DNA of 64,000 nt from Camelus dromedarius (lineage: Eukaryota). The stretch lies in NCBI RefSeq assembly GCF_036321535.1, contig NC_087445.1, forward strand, positions 52,328,001-52,392,000. Reading direction: 5' to 3'. The first letter of the stretch is position 1. The number at the start of each line of letters is the position of its first letter. The notes under the pieces are model-generated. The model had not been told where the DNA came from, searched no databases, and worked only from the letters and a program-made list of their open reading frames with translations. The translations under genes and the position numbers were made by a program. Shown piece by piece: positions 49,852 through 63,148 of the stretch.

Positions 49852-51641
49852 TAACTAATCTTTATTCTCAGTTTATTGGTCTTTTGCATACTTGAAAACA
49901 ACTTTACATGATGGGATGGGTGTGGTGATGCAAATTTGGAGGATCAGACACAGATTAATTTCTTTGGCTAAAAGTAATAAAGGAGAGTGCTATCAGCGAG
50001 GTTGAAGGAGAGCTGGGTAGGAGGGGAGGTTGGAAATAAAAGATTTGAAAATCAGTGGGGAAGAAAACAGACTTGGGTAGAGATGTCCAGTGAAGGTTAC
50101 CTACATTGAAGTAAAAATGCTGTTTTTGTCACATACACATCAACGCCCATGTCTTCTATGTAATCTCTAGTAAAGTCTGTTAGCTCTCTGATGTCTCGGG
50201 AAATGATTTACTTTTTAGAAATGAGTCTTGCTTCAAGACAGATAGATGTAGGGTGAAATCAGAGACTGGCCATGGGAGACTGTGCACATCTGGATTATAA
50301 GAGAATTCAGGAGAAATAGGCTTTGCTGCGAGTTCATTATTTTTTCTTATTTGTGAAATGAGAATTTTGAGAGAAATCACAGATCCTTAGCCTACAAAGT
50401 TATGCAAATTTAATGCATAAATAATTATCACATGAAGAAATTATATGCAGAATTTAAGTTGTGGATTAAGGGAGGAGGTGGGAGGAAGGAATTACAAACA
50501 CTTAAGTACAGTGATCAATCTTGACTTCTAAATTGAATTGCAGAGGCTAAAACTGTAAAGGAGTAACCTAAGGAGTAATCTATTCCCACTGATACCTCTC
50601 ATTTTATGAGGTAACACCACAGTCATTAAACAAAACAAATCTAAAATCAGTATGGTTACATTTCCTAAGACTCTGGTAGTAACATTGGTCAAAATAATGA
50701 TGAGCTTGACTATTCCTGTTTATATATTCAATGACATGAAGTGGTCATTAAATTATCGCTTTCAATTTTATTTTTTAAATAACATATTTCAGCTGTTTAT
50801 TCCTCTGATCATAAAAAGGAAATGAGGAAAATGAGAAAATGTAAAATATACCAGAATGCAAAAAAATGAAAAAGTATTTTTGGTCTATGTTATTCTAGTC
50901 TTTTTTTCTATTCATGTGAAAGCATAAAAATATAATTTGTTTTCATTTAAAGTTATAATAAAAATATAAAATACAATTTTTTGTTAAATGAAAACATACT
51001 TTTTCTATAGATATTTATGAACTGCTTATTATGATACCAGAAAAAAAAATCAAGATAAGAAATAAATGTTCTAGATGAGGAGAAACAAAGACCAAAATTG
51101 TCAATGTAGGTTGCTCCAACCAAAGGGTAAAATTGTTTATGCCTATTCATTCTCTGTACAGCATTTAATAGAAGTTATTGTTTTTGGACACCTAATTATT
51201 TCCATTTGCATTTGATATTTTCTTAGACTGTAGATGAGTGTGGGGAATGAATATATTATAATAAGTTTATTATTTTAGAGATGCTATAACTTTAAGTTGA
51301 CTTTATTTTGCATATTTAACCTTGTGTTATTGCCTTTTAGATTGGGTCTACTGTTATTCAGTAAAATAAAGCAAACAAATGAAATTGCAATTATTCTATC
51401 ATATTTTTAAAGTTTGCAACGTTTATTTTATTGTGAAAATATATTTACAGATCAACAAATGATTATGAAGCAAACATATGTGCAATTATCACTCAGGTCA
51501 AGTAATAGTGTCCTACCAGGCACTGGAGGATTTCAGAACTCCTCCCCATTTGTTTCCCATGCTGTCCAACCCCTTCCTCCATGGATGACCTCTATGTTAA
51601 CTTTTTTCCAGCTTTGCACGTACACATACCACCCGTATATC

Positions 51642-51706
51642 TTTTTTTTTTAAATGGATCCCAGGCCTTTTTATTTTGCACACAAAACCACTGGAGACCT
51701 TGCCTT
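51642..51706 (-). pseudogene. Candidate micro-retrocopy of an mRNA 3' end
   Basis: Minus strand reads AAGGCAAGGTCTCCAGTGGTTTTGTGTGCAAAATAAAAAGGCCTGGGATCCATTT then A10. AATAAA lies ~18 nt before the A tail, and the insert interrupts an L1. Source gene not recognised. Confidence 0.5.
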
Positions 51707-52207
51707 AAACAAGATAAATGCTTTAGAAATTTATGTTAAGGAAGCAATATAGTAGGTATTGTTTCCTGTATATTTAGCTTAATATAATATTCTCCTAGAT
51801 TCATACATGTTCGAGTATGTGGCTATACATTACATATGTATATGTATCCACATATGTATATGTATTATGTATATATGTATTTTTTGCTACATGTAATTCC
51901 ATTGTATTCATATACTCCAATTTATTTAACCTTTCTATTATGAACGGACACTTGAGTTTTTTCCCAGGTTTTGTGCAAGACAAAGTATGTAGCTGTGAAT
52001 ATTCTTATGAGCATGCTTTCTGGTCCATACGTACTAGCATTTCTCTAATGCCTAGTAGTAGGATTCATATCTGTGTGTGTGTTTGTGTGTGCATATTTAG
52101 TTCTCTGCAATTTTGTCATGTGTAAGTTTGTGTATCTACCAACCAGTCAAGACGGCCATCCCACTCACCCCTCTCCCATCCTCCTACACCTTTCCTCAAA
52201 ACCTCTA

Positions 52208-52467
52208 CAGTTGACCTTTGAACAACATGGGTTTGAACTGTGTGGGTCCACTTATACATGCATTTTTTTCAATAGTAAATACTACAGTATTGCATGATCC
52301 ACTGTTCGTTGGATCCATGGATAGGGAACTGTAGATATGGAGGAACCGATCCTCAGCTATGGAGGAATCTCCAGGATATGAGGAACCTGGAAGGCCGACT
52401 ATAAATTAGATGGTGGATTCCCAACTGTGGGGAGCCCCTAGCCCCTGGATTGCTCAAGGGTTAATTG
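52208..52467 (+). mobile_element. Tigger2-type non-autonomous DNA transposon (MITE)
   Basis: TA TSDs and TIRs cagttgacctttgaacaa / ttgctcaagggttaattg. The 5' end matches the Tigger2 start as I recall it. Confidence 0.9.
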
Positions 52468-53734
52468 TAATCTGTACTCTATTTCTATAATTTTGTCATT
52501 TCAAGGATGTTATGTATATGAAACACTACAACCTATCACCTTTCGGGACTGGCTTTTTTTCACTCAGCCTAATTCCCTGGAGATTCATCCAAGTTGTTGC
52601 CTGATCATTTCTTTTAATGCAGATGTACTCGTAAGTCTGTGGCATTCCCTTCTGAATTTTCTCCTTTGTGACTCATCGTTACATCTTTTGCCAATACTGT
52701 CACTGGGAATCAGTGCCAGCTTATATACACCTCCCTCTTTGCCTTGGGGTACAGTGAATGTATTTTTGTACTTTTGCCTAAGTCACAACACTTTGAGATA
52801 CTGCCACGTGTGTGTGTGTCACTTTCTATTAGTGCCTTGGAAGACTGAGAATCTAATTTGGATTTAGTGAATGCCCTTTAAGGTGAGGTCATTAAAGTAT
52901 ACTTTTGGAATGAAAATTTGGAAATAGCATTAAAAAAATCTCTCAAAATGGGATAAGGTTACCTGATTAATGTAATTGCTATGTGTTTTTCTATTTCTTC
53001 CTCCTCAAAGATTTTAATTCATTAAGCTATAGGTTTCAATTAACTGCCTTGCTTTGAACATAGATGCTATAGTTTTTATTTGCATTTGCTTCTTCAGTTT
53101 GCTGTCTTGTTTCTTTAGGATACCTATGAGTAAAACAGAACTAAGGATAAACATTTATTTATTACAATAAAATTCTCTAGTTCCTGAGGTCTTCATGAAT
53201 GGTAGAAGTATTGTTTTGTATTCACTTTATTTTTTAGCTCATTAAGACATCTCTAATTTGTTTCCCAGTTTCTAGAGTTAGCACAATGCATGACATTACA
53301 TTACAGTGTGTTGAAAGACTGAATTAAATTCTAGATTTTTTTTTTGGTTTATTGCTTAGCTAGAAGTCGGAGTTGCAAAAATAAAGTGTGCATTGATTGA
53401 CACAAATGCTACTTCTTGCTATTGACAGGTTAACATTGCAGACCTTCAAAACCAAAGATTAGAGTTTGAAATGGAACATAAAGGAGGTGACAGAAAATCT
53501 TCTAAAGCAAACAGAGATAGCAGCTTTTAGAACTTTGAGAGAACAAAAGTGAAAAACTCCTTATTAGCCTCCTGATTTAAAAGTCTAATTTCCCTTTTAT
53601 CATATCTACACACTTACACGTAAACACACCATTAGTCACAGAGTACTCGAAGGTACTTTAGAAAGCTAGGTAGGGACTTGGGGACAGAATTCCTTCAGTG
53701 CGTTCTAATGAGCTAACAGCTGTGACACATAGAT

Positions 53735-54180
53735 CATCGACTGCAGGAGCTTGAAGGCACCCTAGGGATCATCTTCTCAACCCCTGTAATTATACAGAGG
53801 AGAAAAAATGAGATTGAGAGAAGGTTGTTGACTTATCCAAGGTTACCCTGTTTGGTAGTGGCAGAACCAAGTTCAGATCTCATATGGATTAAGCCGTGTC
53901 AGTGCTGATCTCTTTGTCACACATCAAGGAATGTTAACCTGGAAAATGCTTTGCCTACTCAGCCAGCAGATTTGTGTTGGTCACCTGCTCTGCGTCGGGC
54001 AATGTGCCGGGCTTTGTGTGCACAGAGGTGAATAAGAGAGGTCTTCACTTACTGTGAAGCTCACTAGTTTCTGGGGAGTTAGACATGTAACAAAATGCAT
54101 TACTATAGACTGTGTTAAGTGCTACAACAGGGACATGGATAAAATGCTGAGAAATCACTGAGGAGGGATTCGACAAGCAG
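53735..54180 (-). mobile_element. MIR (~53735-53900) and L2 (~53945-54180) fragments
   Basis: tatacagaggagaaaaaatgagattgagagaaggttgttgacttatccaaggttacc, and gtgctacaacagggacatgg. Confidence 0.7.
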
Positions 54181-54797
54181 TTCATTGCAATGCATTTGTC
54201 ATGTCCCTTCAAGTCACTGAACATTTCTTTCCAGGCAGCTGTGGAGAGAGGGGGTATGTCAGATAACCTACTCTAGACTTGACAGAAATGACCCGACTGT
54301 CCAAAGTGTTTCTAGTCCCATTATAGTGCATAAACCTGTGGTTAGTAATTGCTTTTGATTTGATTGTTTAAGAAGCACTGAAAAACAAATTCCTAAAAAT
54401 AGGCTCTGATATGTATATAGAGATGCAGAACTATTTGGATGTTTGACAAAGGAAAAAATTATAGGGAAAATATATTTCACTTTTATAGGATGGCAAGTGA
54501 AGGATTCCCACATGTATCTGGGAGTAGTTTTTCAATTTACCTCTCCAAGATGCAGTGTCCTACATCTTTAATTTGCCTATGATTTTTTTTTTTTCTTGCT
54601 AGAGCACAGGTCACGTAAAAGAACTGTGGCCCTGCCCTGTGAGCCTCCTTCCCCCTGGTCTCCTCTTCCTCCTCACTAACAAATGCAGACAGATCAAACC
54701 AGATATACTTCTCTTCAGTTTTCTTCATCTGTTCCAAGGTCACATTGCAAAACATTCATTCCTGCACTTCCACTTTCCCTCCTTTCTATTCTCCCAT

Positions 54798-55276
54798 TGC
54801 GGACATTTTTGGAGCCCTAGGTCATTTCTTCTGCCCACGTCTGATTTTAGCTACAGCTATGGTGAACAGTTCTAAGCACCTTGACAGCATCCCATCTCAG
54901 ACATCCTCTGGGCCTCTCTCCAAGGCCTTGGGAGTCTTGCCCAGCTTGTGAGTGGGTACCACGGAATTGCAGGGAAGTTAGTGTCTCCAGGAAAACCTTC
55001 AACCAAGTTTAGTGCCTCAGCTCCTTATATTTTAGTGGGAAAATTCCAAGAAGCACTCTGTACAGTACCTCAGGTAGTTCTCGGAACAACTGAACCCCAT
55101 TTCCCCATAGCAATAAACATTCAATAATGATCCTGCTTTTCATTATTCCCCACTGCTACTCCCTATTGCTCTCTCTTGCTCCCTTACTGCAGGGGATCCC
55201 TATGATCACCTCCTAAATAAACTACCTGTACCCCACGTCCTCGTCTCAGACTTTGCTGTAAACCCAAGCTAAGACA
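54798..55276 (+). mobile_element. ERVL solo LTR (LTR16-like)
   Basis: LTR16-type end gatcacctcctaaataaactacctgtaccccacgtcctcgtctcagactttgct...aacccaagctaagaca. Confidence 0.8.
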
Positions 55277-55689
55277 TTTTAAAATTCCGAACTGTATTTC
55301 TAACCATCATCCCTAGCATGGTCAACACATGATCATTATTGCTTTGACAATAGGATAACCTTTGTTCTGGGGCTAAGTTGGTGGCATGTACTCTATATAA
55401 AACCATTTAAAATAGTTTCCTGTCCAAAATTTGCTAACCAGTACATTAAAAATAATGGCACTAAATCTGCTCAATGATGTAGTAAATGGAAAAAGCTAGC
55501 AGGGCAAGTAGACCAAGAAACTATATAAGCTGAGCTGAAACACCGCTTTCTGCACTAAAATTTGCTTCTCTGGAGGGCTTATCGGAGAGAGTGAGAACAT
55601 GCGACATGTTTGCAGTAGGTCCACTGGTGTTATTGCTCCCAACTGTTTGCTTAGAAACTCAGTTTTAGGTGAAAGGCTTACTTTATTAT

Positions 55690-56170
55690 TGTTTCTCCTT
55701 CTTTCCCCCTAGTTATAAAGATAACAAATATTCACTAGAAAACATAGAATGCTGAGAAAACCATAAAGGAGAAAATAATAACCATGCACAATTCCATACC
55801 CCACAGTTAACCACCATTAATATTTTACTAAATGCCCTTGCAGTTTTGCAAATGTGTATGGAAGAAAATAGTGGAGCTAAGGGAGAGGGAGAGACGGGAC
55901 AGGCGATATTACTAGTTTCGTGTCCTGTTTTTCTCACTCAGCAGCCTTTTATAATGTCATCAAGAAAATCTTCTTACTAACATCTTTTTAAAGGCTGCAG
56001 ATTATTCTTCTATTAAATTTTCTGATTTTCCATTATTACAATAACCCTAGGACAAAAATATTTTATAGATAAATATACAAAACTGATACTTCTTTTACAG
56101 AGATCCTTGGAAATGTGAGTAAACGAGCATATAGTGATCTTGATGCTTAGTGCCAAATTGCTCCGTATGT
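55690..56170 (-). mobile_element. L1ME-type 3' fragment
   Basis: cccacagttaaccaccattaatatttt...attttccattattacaataaccc. Confidence 0.6.
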
Positions 56171-56190
56171 TTCATGATTTATATTCCTTG

Positions 56191-56341
56191 CTGGGCTGGC
56201 TTCATGAGTATGTTCGGTCTTAAAGGGGTTCATGGTTGGAAGGACCCCGTACTTGGCATGATGCTCCTTGCTGAAATTCTTCATGAGTTTTAAACAAGAG
56301 ACCCTCATTTTCATTTTGTACAAATTCTGTAGCTGGCCCTG
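56191..56341 (+). mobile_element. MER91A-like hAT (Tip100) non-autonomous element
   Basis: TIRs ctgggctggct / agctggccctg and an 8-bp TSD attccttg/cttccctg (6/8). Confidence 0.85.
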
Positions 56342-58619
56342 CTTCCCTGAGAAATCAAGGAAAAGAAAATAAACATCTTGTTAAAGGTGTTTTGTACTGG
56401 GAGAGAAGGAGAGGCGTGAGAGCAAGGATTCGAGTAGAAATCTTGTTTTCCAACTTCTTTTTCTTTATTTTCTGTTTCTCACTGGGTATTGTCATGGGCA
56501 TACAGATGCAGTCAGGTTGTTGTTGTTGTTTGTGTGGTTTGTTTTTGTGTCATACCCACCAGGAGGATTAGACTGTTTTGGCGAAGTCTCCTCAGGAGCT
56601 GCAGGCAACATGATCTGATCAGATGCGATGAAGCCTTTTCTTCCCTTGGCTGTTTTTGTTCTTACCCAGGACCACGCCACTGTTTCAAATGGTTGAGTAG
56701 GAAATTGCTCCTGTGCCAACGGTTACTTTTAGTTTTGGGAGATGGAAAATAATACCCACGTGCATAAGTATAACTTTGTCTTAAAAGACAATGTTGAGGC
56801 TGGCATTTTAGAACAAAAAAGGGACTAAAAAACAATATAGTCAAAAGAGCAGGTCCAGAAGAACAAATTGAGAAATATCTATATATCTGCCTCCATCCAT
56901 ATCTGTGTCTTTTTCTAGTTATTATTTTTTAACACAGCAATAATTTCAGTTTGGTGAATTTTAAACATCTTTAAACATCTTTTTCTGTTTTATTAAGCAT
57001 ACTTTAGGTTATCTTCCTAATTTTACTTTAGCCAGTTATGTATACCCTGATTATTGGCAGTGTTTTTGAATTTTAATAATTTATGTGAAAGTGCAAATGA
57101 ATTACATTTTTTATAGCCATTCAGCTTGATTGATCATCTTCAATGATTTGCAAATCCTTTTACCATTCTATGACCTACGTGATGGCTACATGACAGACTC
57201 TTTTCTTGTTGGCATTTTATAGTTTGTTTTCTCTTGCATATACTGAAGTATTTGTCAAGGCTTTCAATTACAAGTTCTGGAACTCAAATTATAAGCTAAA
57301 AATAGGTAACACTGTGGTTTGTGGATGAATGTATCCTCGGCCCTTGTGTGTTTATGGCCATCTAATGTGAGAGGTGTGGTGTGCTGGAGTATGACAACCC
57401 CACCAAGGAAGGGCTGCTGGCAGATAAAACGGCATTCCCACTTTGCTGTGCAATCCAAGCCCAGCATTATTTTCTTCCAGGAGTCATACTGAGATTACAC
57501 ATGCTTTTCTTTCTTTCTTTTTTTTTTTTTTAACTGTGGATTCAAGTCTTGCAACATAAAAAAATATCAAATAGTGATGATACCCATTCTTGAAGTGGCA
57601 ATGATTATTTTATATAAAAACTGCTTAGATGTAAATACAAAATTTTAAAAAAAAACTTTAAAATATAGCCCAATAAGTAAAGTTGGTCTTGTTTGAAAAT
57701 TAATTTAAAATTCATGAAATCAAAATAATTTAGAAAAAGGCCATTATTTATCAACTTGACAAAATCCCATTGAAGCACATAAAATTTAAAAAATACTGCT
57801 GTTTACTGAAAAAAAAAAGCTTTTTTAGGATAATTGACACAGAACTGTAGGCAAATCAACCAATTCATTAGAGAACTGCTAATCAAACAAAGAACACATA
57901 ATTGGCTAAAATAGATTTAAAATTATTTAGAAATTCAAAATGAGAAGGAACCTCCCCAAATTCTGAAAAATGGGAAAATCATTGCAGAACTGTCTCATGT
58001 TACTTTAACATTACTATTATATAAAAACCAGTGATGGGGAAAATTTATTTTTAACTGACTTAACATTTTGACCAATTTCATTTTAACCACCCCATTTGCA
58101 GTCATTGAACACAAGCGCAAGGCTTAAAACTGGAGAATGGTAGTGATAACGCATATTAACATTTTCTAGAATATTAAAGCTTGACATTCATCTAGTTTAG
58201 TTCCCTGTGATTGCTGCATTAGTGGGATGATGCAGTTCTGTATGAAAAAGGTTTTTGTCACCTTGTTTGTAGCTGTTGTAGCTGTGGTTGGCTTGTCTAT
58301 CCCCTTTTCCTCTTTGTTTTTGTAATTCTTCATAGAATGTTTATGTAGTATATTATTTAGATCATGTTATTTGGAGTGATATCTATGGTTTATTATCCAA
58401 ATACAGTCATTTCATGGGTGGAAATCTTGAGCCCAGTTTGTACCACTTTGTCCTCAGCTGGTAGATTTTTCATTCTACCCAGTAGTTTTGGTGGGGTTTT
58501 CAGAAAGGTTTTAAAATACTATCTCAAAATAAGGTTACCTTTCCCTGTAATTTCAAACAATTGCATTTTATTTCTTTAAATTTCTTAAGCTTTTCCTTTT
58601 TTAACAATATTTTCAGAAT

Positions 58620-59620
58620 TCAGGCTTGTGCTTCTGGGAACATGTGGTAGGCATACTTTTCTCTATTTCTCGCACTTAGTACAATGAAAACCTCTAGACA
58701 TTATACACAAGACAAACATTAAAAGACTCTTAAAGATGGAGGGAAGAAGGCAGACTGCCCAGTGATATCAGAGCCTGAGGAACAAAACAGAGATGAGTTC
58801 TCTTGACTTTCTTTTGCTTCATACTGGCAACTCAGAAATGCCAAAGGGTGCAGATAAAAAAAGGGCCCCAAGAAAGCCTGTTCTTCCCAGCCAGAAGACC
58901 AGGAAAGTGGTAGCCTAGCAAGAAAGAAAACTTTTACACAGTAACCACTGTACTGTAGCAAGATAACAATTGGGAAACCCCAAATAAAAATGGCTCCATC
59001 TCTAGTCATGTTAACAAAGATTGAGTGGGGATATTAGACATCCGCACTTATCAAGTTTATAATAAGGTGCCCCAGCACTTCACCAGCAAAGAAATAGAAA
59101 GTCTCAGCAAATAAAAGATACAAAGAAGAACCAAATGGAAATTTTACAATTGAAAATACAAACACCGAAAAGTAAAGTTCAGTGGGTAGGGCTCAAAAGC
59201 AGAATGGAGGGGTCAGAGGAGAGAAATCAGTGAAATGGAAGATAGAAAATAGAAATTATCCAATCTGAAAAGTTAAAAATAGACTGAAGAAATTAACAGA
59301 GCCTCAGATATGTGTGATCATAACAAAAGATCTAACGTTGTTATCAGAGTCCCACAAGGAGAGAAGAAAGAGGGCAAGACAAAAAAGTACTCCAAAAAAT
59401 AATGACTGAAAAGTTCCCAAATTTGGTAGGAGATAAAAACCTACAGGATCAATCAGCTACTCTGAGCAAATGACAAATAGGATAAATCTGAAGAAATCCT
59501 TGCCAAGACAAAATAATTAAACTCATAAAAACTAAAATGAAGAAAAAATACCAAAAGCAACCAGAGAAAAATAATACCTTAGTTATAGAGAAAAAATGAG
59601 AAAGACAATGGCAACTTTGA
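58620..59620 (+). mobile_element. L1M 5' region with decayed ORF1
   Basis: ORF1 coiled-coil-like tract (gaagaaccaaatggaaattttacaattgaaaatac, gcagaatggaggggtcagaggagagaaatcagtgaa) with stops and frameshifts. Confidence 0.85.
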
Positions 59621-60789
59621 TAATCCAGACTTAAGATGTTGAAGGTCTGGCTTACAGCAGTTGGCCAGAATCTCTGGATGTCCAGGTGTTTATATCTGTA
59701 TGAAGATTAAAAATTTGGGAGATTGTTTATAATTCTAGATAAGATATTAATGAGATGAAGTAGAATTCTGGAAGTCAGAATGAGAGGAGTGATTCAATTG
59801 GATGATCAAAATACTGTTTTGTTTTTGTTTTTGTTTTTTACCTTTTCCTGTGCTTTAGTCATGTGGATGCTTTACCTCAGAGAACCACTGAAAGCAGTGG
59901 GCCGGGATAAAAGTAGCTGAACTTTTTGTAATAACAGATTACTTGTATCTGGATTAACCAGTCCTTTCTGATGTGACTTTGTCTCTTTGATGTACGGAGA
60001 ACAAAATACTGTTAGAAATGCCCCTTGGAGATGGTAGACAATAATGTGACATGCTCATGCATCTTTTTCTCAGAGTAACATTGACATTTGTGTTCTCATC
60101 TCTACTGATTCATTTGGTAGCAAGAGTTTCACTAGATTGTAAGTGCCTTGCAGACAGTGACTTCAGCTTGAATTCCTTAGCGTAGTAGACAATGTGTGGG
60201 CATAGTTAGTACTCAGTCATTGTTTTTAGAAAGAGTTTTAGAAAGCATGCATACATAAATATCAGAATAAATGAATGGGCTATTTCTATAACTAGATGCA
60301 CATTTGTCCAAAAGACAAAACAATACCTGCATGAAATATAGTCTTTTTTCGTACTTTAAAAAACTTGAGAAATTGTATGCATATTTTTATTATTTTACTT
60401 TTCTAGACAATTCTGCTTTTCTAGACAATTCCTGGCATAATTATCATCAGTGATTACGAATTTAAATAGCTTGGAGAAGCTATTGAAGCAGGTAAAAGTG
60501 AAAGGCATTTTGTAATTTGTCAAGCAGTGAGGATTAGCCCCTTATTAAATTTTCAGGGAGAAAAGACTCTATTCCTAATTATATAATTAAACACCAGCTT
60601 AATTAGGATACCTAAAGCATGTGACCTAGCTAACCTTAACCAAACTATTTAACTTTATTTTCTATTATTTCACTATGTGAATTACAGAATTTATCAGTTA
60701 CCACAAATTTACCACATAGGTAAAATGATTTCAAGAGTTTTGAAATTCTTTAAAACTTTTAAAGTGTCAGAATACAGAATTAAAACATT

Positions 60790-61067
60790 TAAAAAATTTG
60801 TTAGTATATGTTAGTATGCATGTGTGTATTTTAATATAACAGCTTTATAGAGATATAAATTAACATACCATACAATTCACCCATTTAAAGTGTACAATTT
60901 AATAATTTTTAATATATGCAGAATTGTGCAATCATCTCAATTGTTTAATTCTAGAATATTTTTACCACCCCCAAAAGAAACCCCTGCCCATTAATGGTTG
61001 CTCCCCATTCCCCACTCCCCCCCAGCCCTTATGAGCTACTAATCTACTATTTGTATTAATGGATTTG
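60790..61067 (-). mobile_element. L1M 3' terminus (truncated by gap)
   Basis: acataccatacaattcacccatttaaagtgtacaatt...ccccaaaagaaacccctgccc. Confidence 0.85.
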
Positions 61068-61199
61068 NNNNNNNNNNNNNNNNNNNNNNNNNNNNNNNNN
61101 NNNNNNNNNNNNNNNNNNNNNNNNNNNNNNNNNNNNNNNNNNNNNNNNNNNNNNNNNNNNNNNNNNNNNNNNNNNNNNNNNNNNNNNNNNNNNNNNNNN
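61068..61199. other. Assembly gap (132 N)
   Basis: Run of N abutting an L1. Confidence 1.
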
Positions 61200-62789
61200 A
61201 CCCTGAAGAACAATATATTTTAGTCCAGTTGAATCAGTTAGAGGATGAAAACTTCAAAGAATAGTCACTCTGAGCAGGATCCTCATACCTTTATGTTTTT
61301 GTGGACAAAACTGTATCTATGTCCAGCTTCTCACGTGTACTTTGAAGAAAATGTTGCCTCAAAAATGTTGAATGAGTGAACGAATGGATGTGGAAAAAGT
61401 CAACTCTGATGTTGCCCAGTTTCAGTCGGTACTAGATTACATCACATTAGGCATAGTTAAGAGCCAGTGAGTTTCTTGAAATATGCAACCAGTGATGCAG
61501 TATACAATGAGTCAAAAACATAATCAGCAACATTAGGGAAGTAAAGTTTTAACTAAGGGGTTTATAAATCAAAGGTAACTAAGAAATGACTTGTCCCTTT
61601 CTAAAACCATGTGTGGTCAATAAACAAAACTGAACAAAACCTGCCAATCAAGGAAAAGTCAAAACAGATGAGAACAGACTGAGAATTACCACAACACACC
61701 AGTGACTGCACTGATGTCTACCTTCAAGAACGGTGTGCCAGAAAACCAGTGTGTCTTGATGAATGCTGTGGGAACAACCGGAATTTTCACAGTGAGGCTT
61801 CTGTATCTGAACGACCATTACATTTTCCCATTTCCACACTAAGGGACCATGGAGGGCAGACCCGGCTGTGTAAAATAGCAGAACCACTGGGAGGTCAGTG
61901 AAATGCAATTCAGGTGAAGTGAAAAACTTCCCAAACAGTGCCAAGGATTTTCTTAAGCAGACGTCTAATATAACAATGATGCTTTCAAAGGAGAATAAAG
62001 GCTGATGTATGCTATTAAGAGAATCAGAACTCACTATAAAATGAAAGTATTGAAGTGAAAGCTGTGCCAGTACCAAATTTTCTGCAATTTTGTACAGATA
62101 TATTTTTGGTTTTCTAAGCAGTGGTTGTACTGAAACGTCAGATGGGCTGGGGAAAGTTTCTTGTTAGCTTTGTGGATGATTTGGCTGCCTTTTGTTATTT
62201 TCCTGGGGAGCACAGGCTGAGGGGCGCAGTTAAGCTTAAAAGCAACACTAATTTGCATGTATAGTTGGTGATCTTTGTCAAAAGTGCTTTTCAAATCCAA
62301 TTTACAAACCAAAAATACGAAGAAGCAGGAAAAGAGAATTACATTGCATAACTATTCCCACCTTGGTAGAATGGTTATTAGTTGGAAACTATTAAATGTA
62401 ATTTTAAAAATAATCTGGATTTGAATAACTCTTCTTTTAGACTAGTCACTTGAGAATTATTTAAAGTTTAGAGAATGTGAACAGAGCCACAGGTTTAACA
62501 TTATGATTTTTTCATCAATATGAATAGATTCAAAGTATGTAAGCATTTTAATTTATAAATGGTTAGCTGAAGGCATAAGAACCCAATTATAAAGTGAAAG
62601 TTGTAACTGGGTAAACTGTACCTATAAATCTTCTTAAACTTTGAGATACTGTTATTGCTATTATTGTAAAAGAGTTAGAGTGTATGCAGAGATTTCTTGA
62701 CTTCTCATCAAGGAATTATGTCTTTTTAAGTAACCTGAAAAAGGATGTTAAAGTTCCAGTTTTTGTGTAAATCAGTTAAGTAAAACTGT

Positions 62790-63125
62790 TGGTTGCCCCT
62801 CATATTCTAGATTCTGTGATAAACGCGGTGCATTCAAAATGACTAAAACAGTGCTTATGTGCAACAAGTTTCTAGTCTAGTAGGGAAGATAGACATTTTA
62901 ATAAATGATTCTACTATGTGATAATTACAGCGTAAATATGTACCAGGAACACATATTTCCTAGAGAATGGCACAATTTATAATGCAGGGGTGTTGGCCAG
63001 GGAGATTTTTCTGGAGGAAGCTATTTCTGAACTGAGGTTTAAAACCGATTTGCCGGATAGGCAGATAGGAAGGATAGAAGATATTTCAGGAAGTGGCCCT
63101 TCCATGTTTCAAGACAAGAAACATG
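62790..63125 (-). mobile_element. L2 LINE fragment
   Basis: tctagtctagtagggaagatagac...ttttctggaggaagctatttctgaactgagg. Confidence 0.65.
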
Positions 63126-63148
63126 AAACATTAGGATATGTTCTGGGG

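Larger units (their letters stand above)
51390..52620 (-). mobile_element. L1MC/MB-type 3' fragment hosting two later insertions
   Basis: Antisense L1 3' UTR motifs (gaactcctcccc, gaacggacacttgagttttttcccagg, tttcgggactggctttttt cactcagc). Confidence 0.75.

Noticed and set aside
53429-53486. Plus-strand exon-like segment VNIADLQNQRLEFEMEHKG
   Set aside because: Weak donor (gtgaca), no recognisable protein, and no compatible neighbouring exons.
56666-56679. 14-nt minus-strand microexon-like unit
   Set aside because: Weak pyrimidine tract and frameshifting length. Joining it to the 9-nt and 7-nt units in the frame of the downstream chain gives a stop.
56628-56696. Signal-peptide-like sORF MKPFLPLAVFVLTQDHATVSNG
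   Set aside because: Weak Kozak context, poor donor (gttgag), no promoter or CpG island, and a T-rich sequence explains the hydrophobicity.
60398-60431. 16-bp direct repeat cttttctagacaattc (period 18)
   Set aside because: An ordinary small slippage duplication with no further structure.
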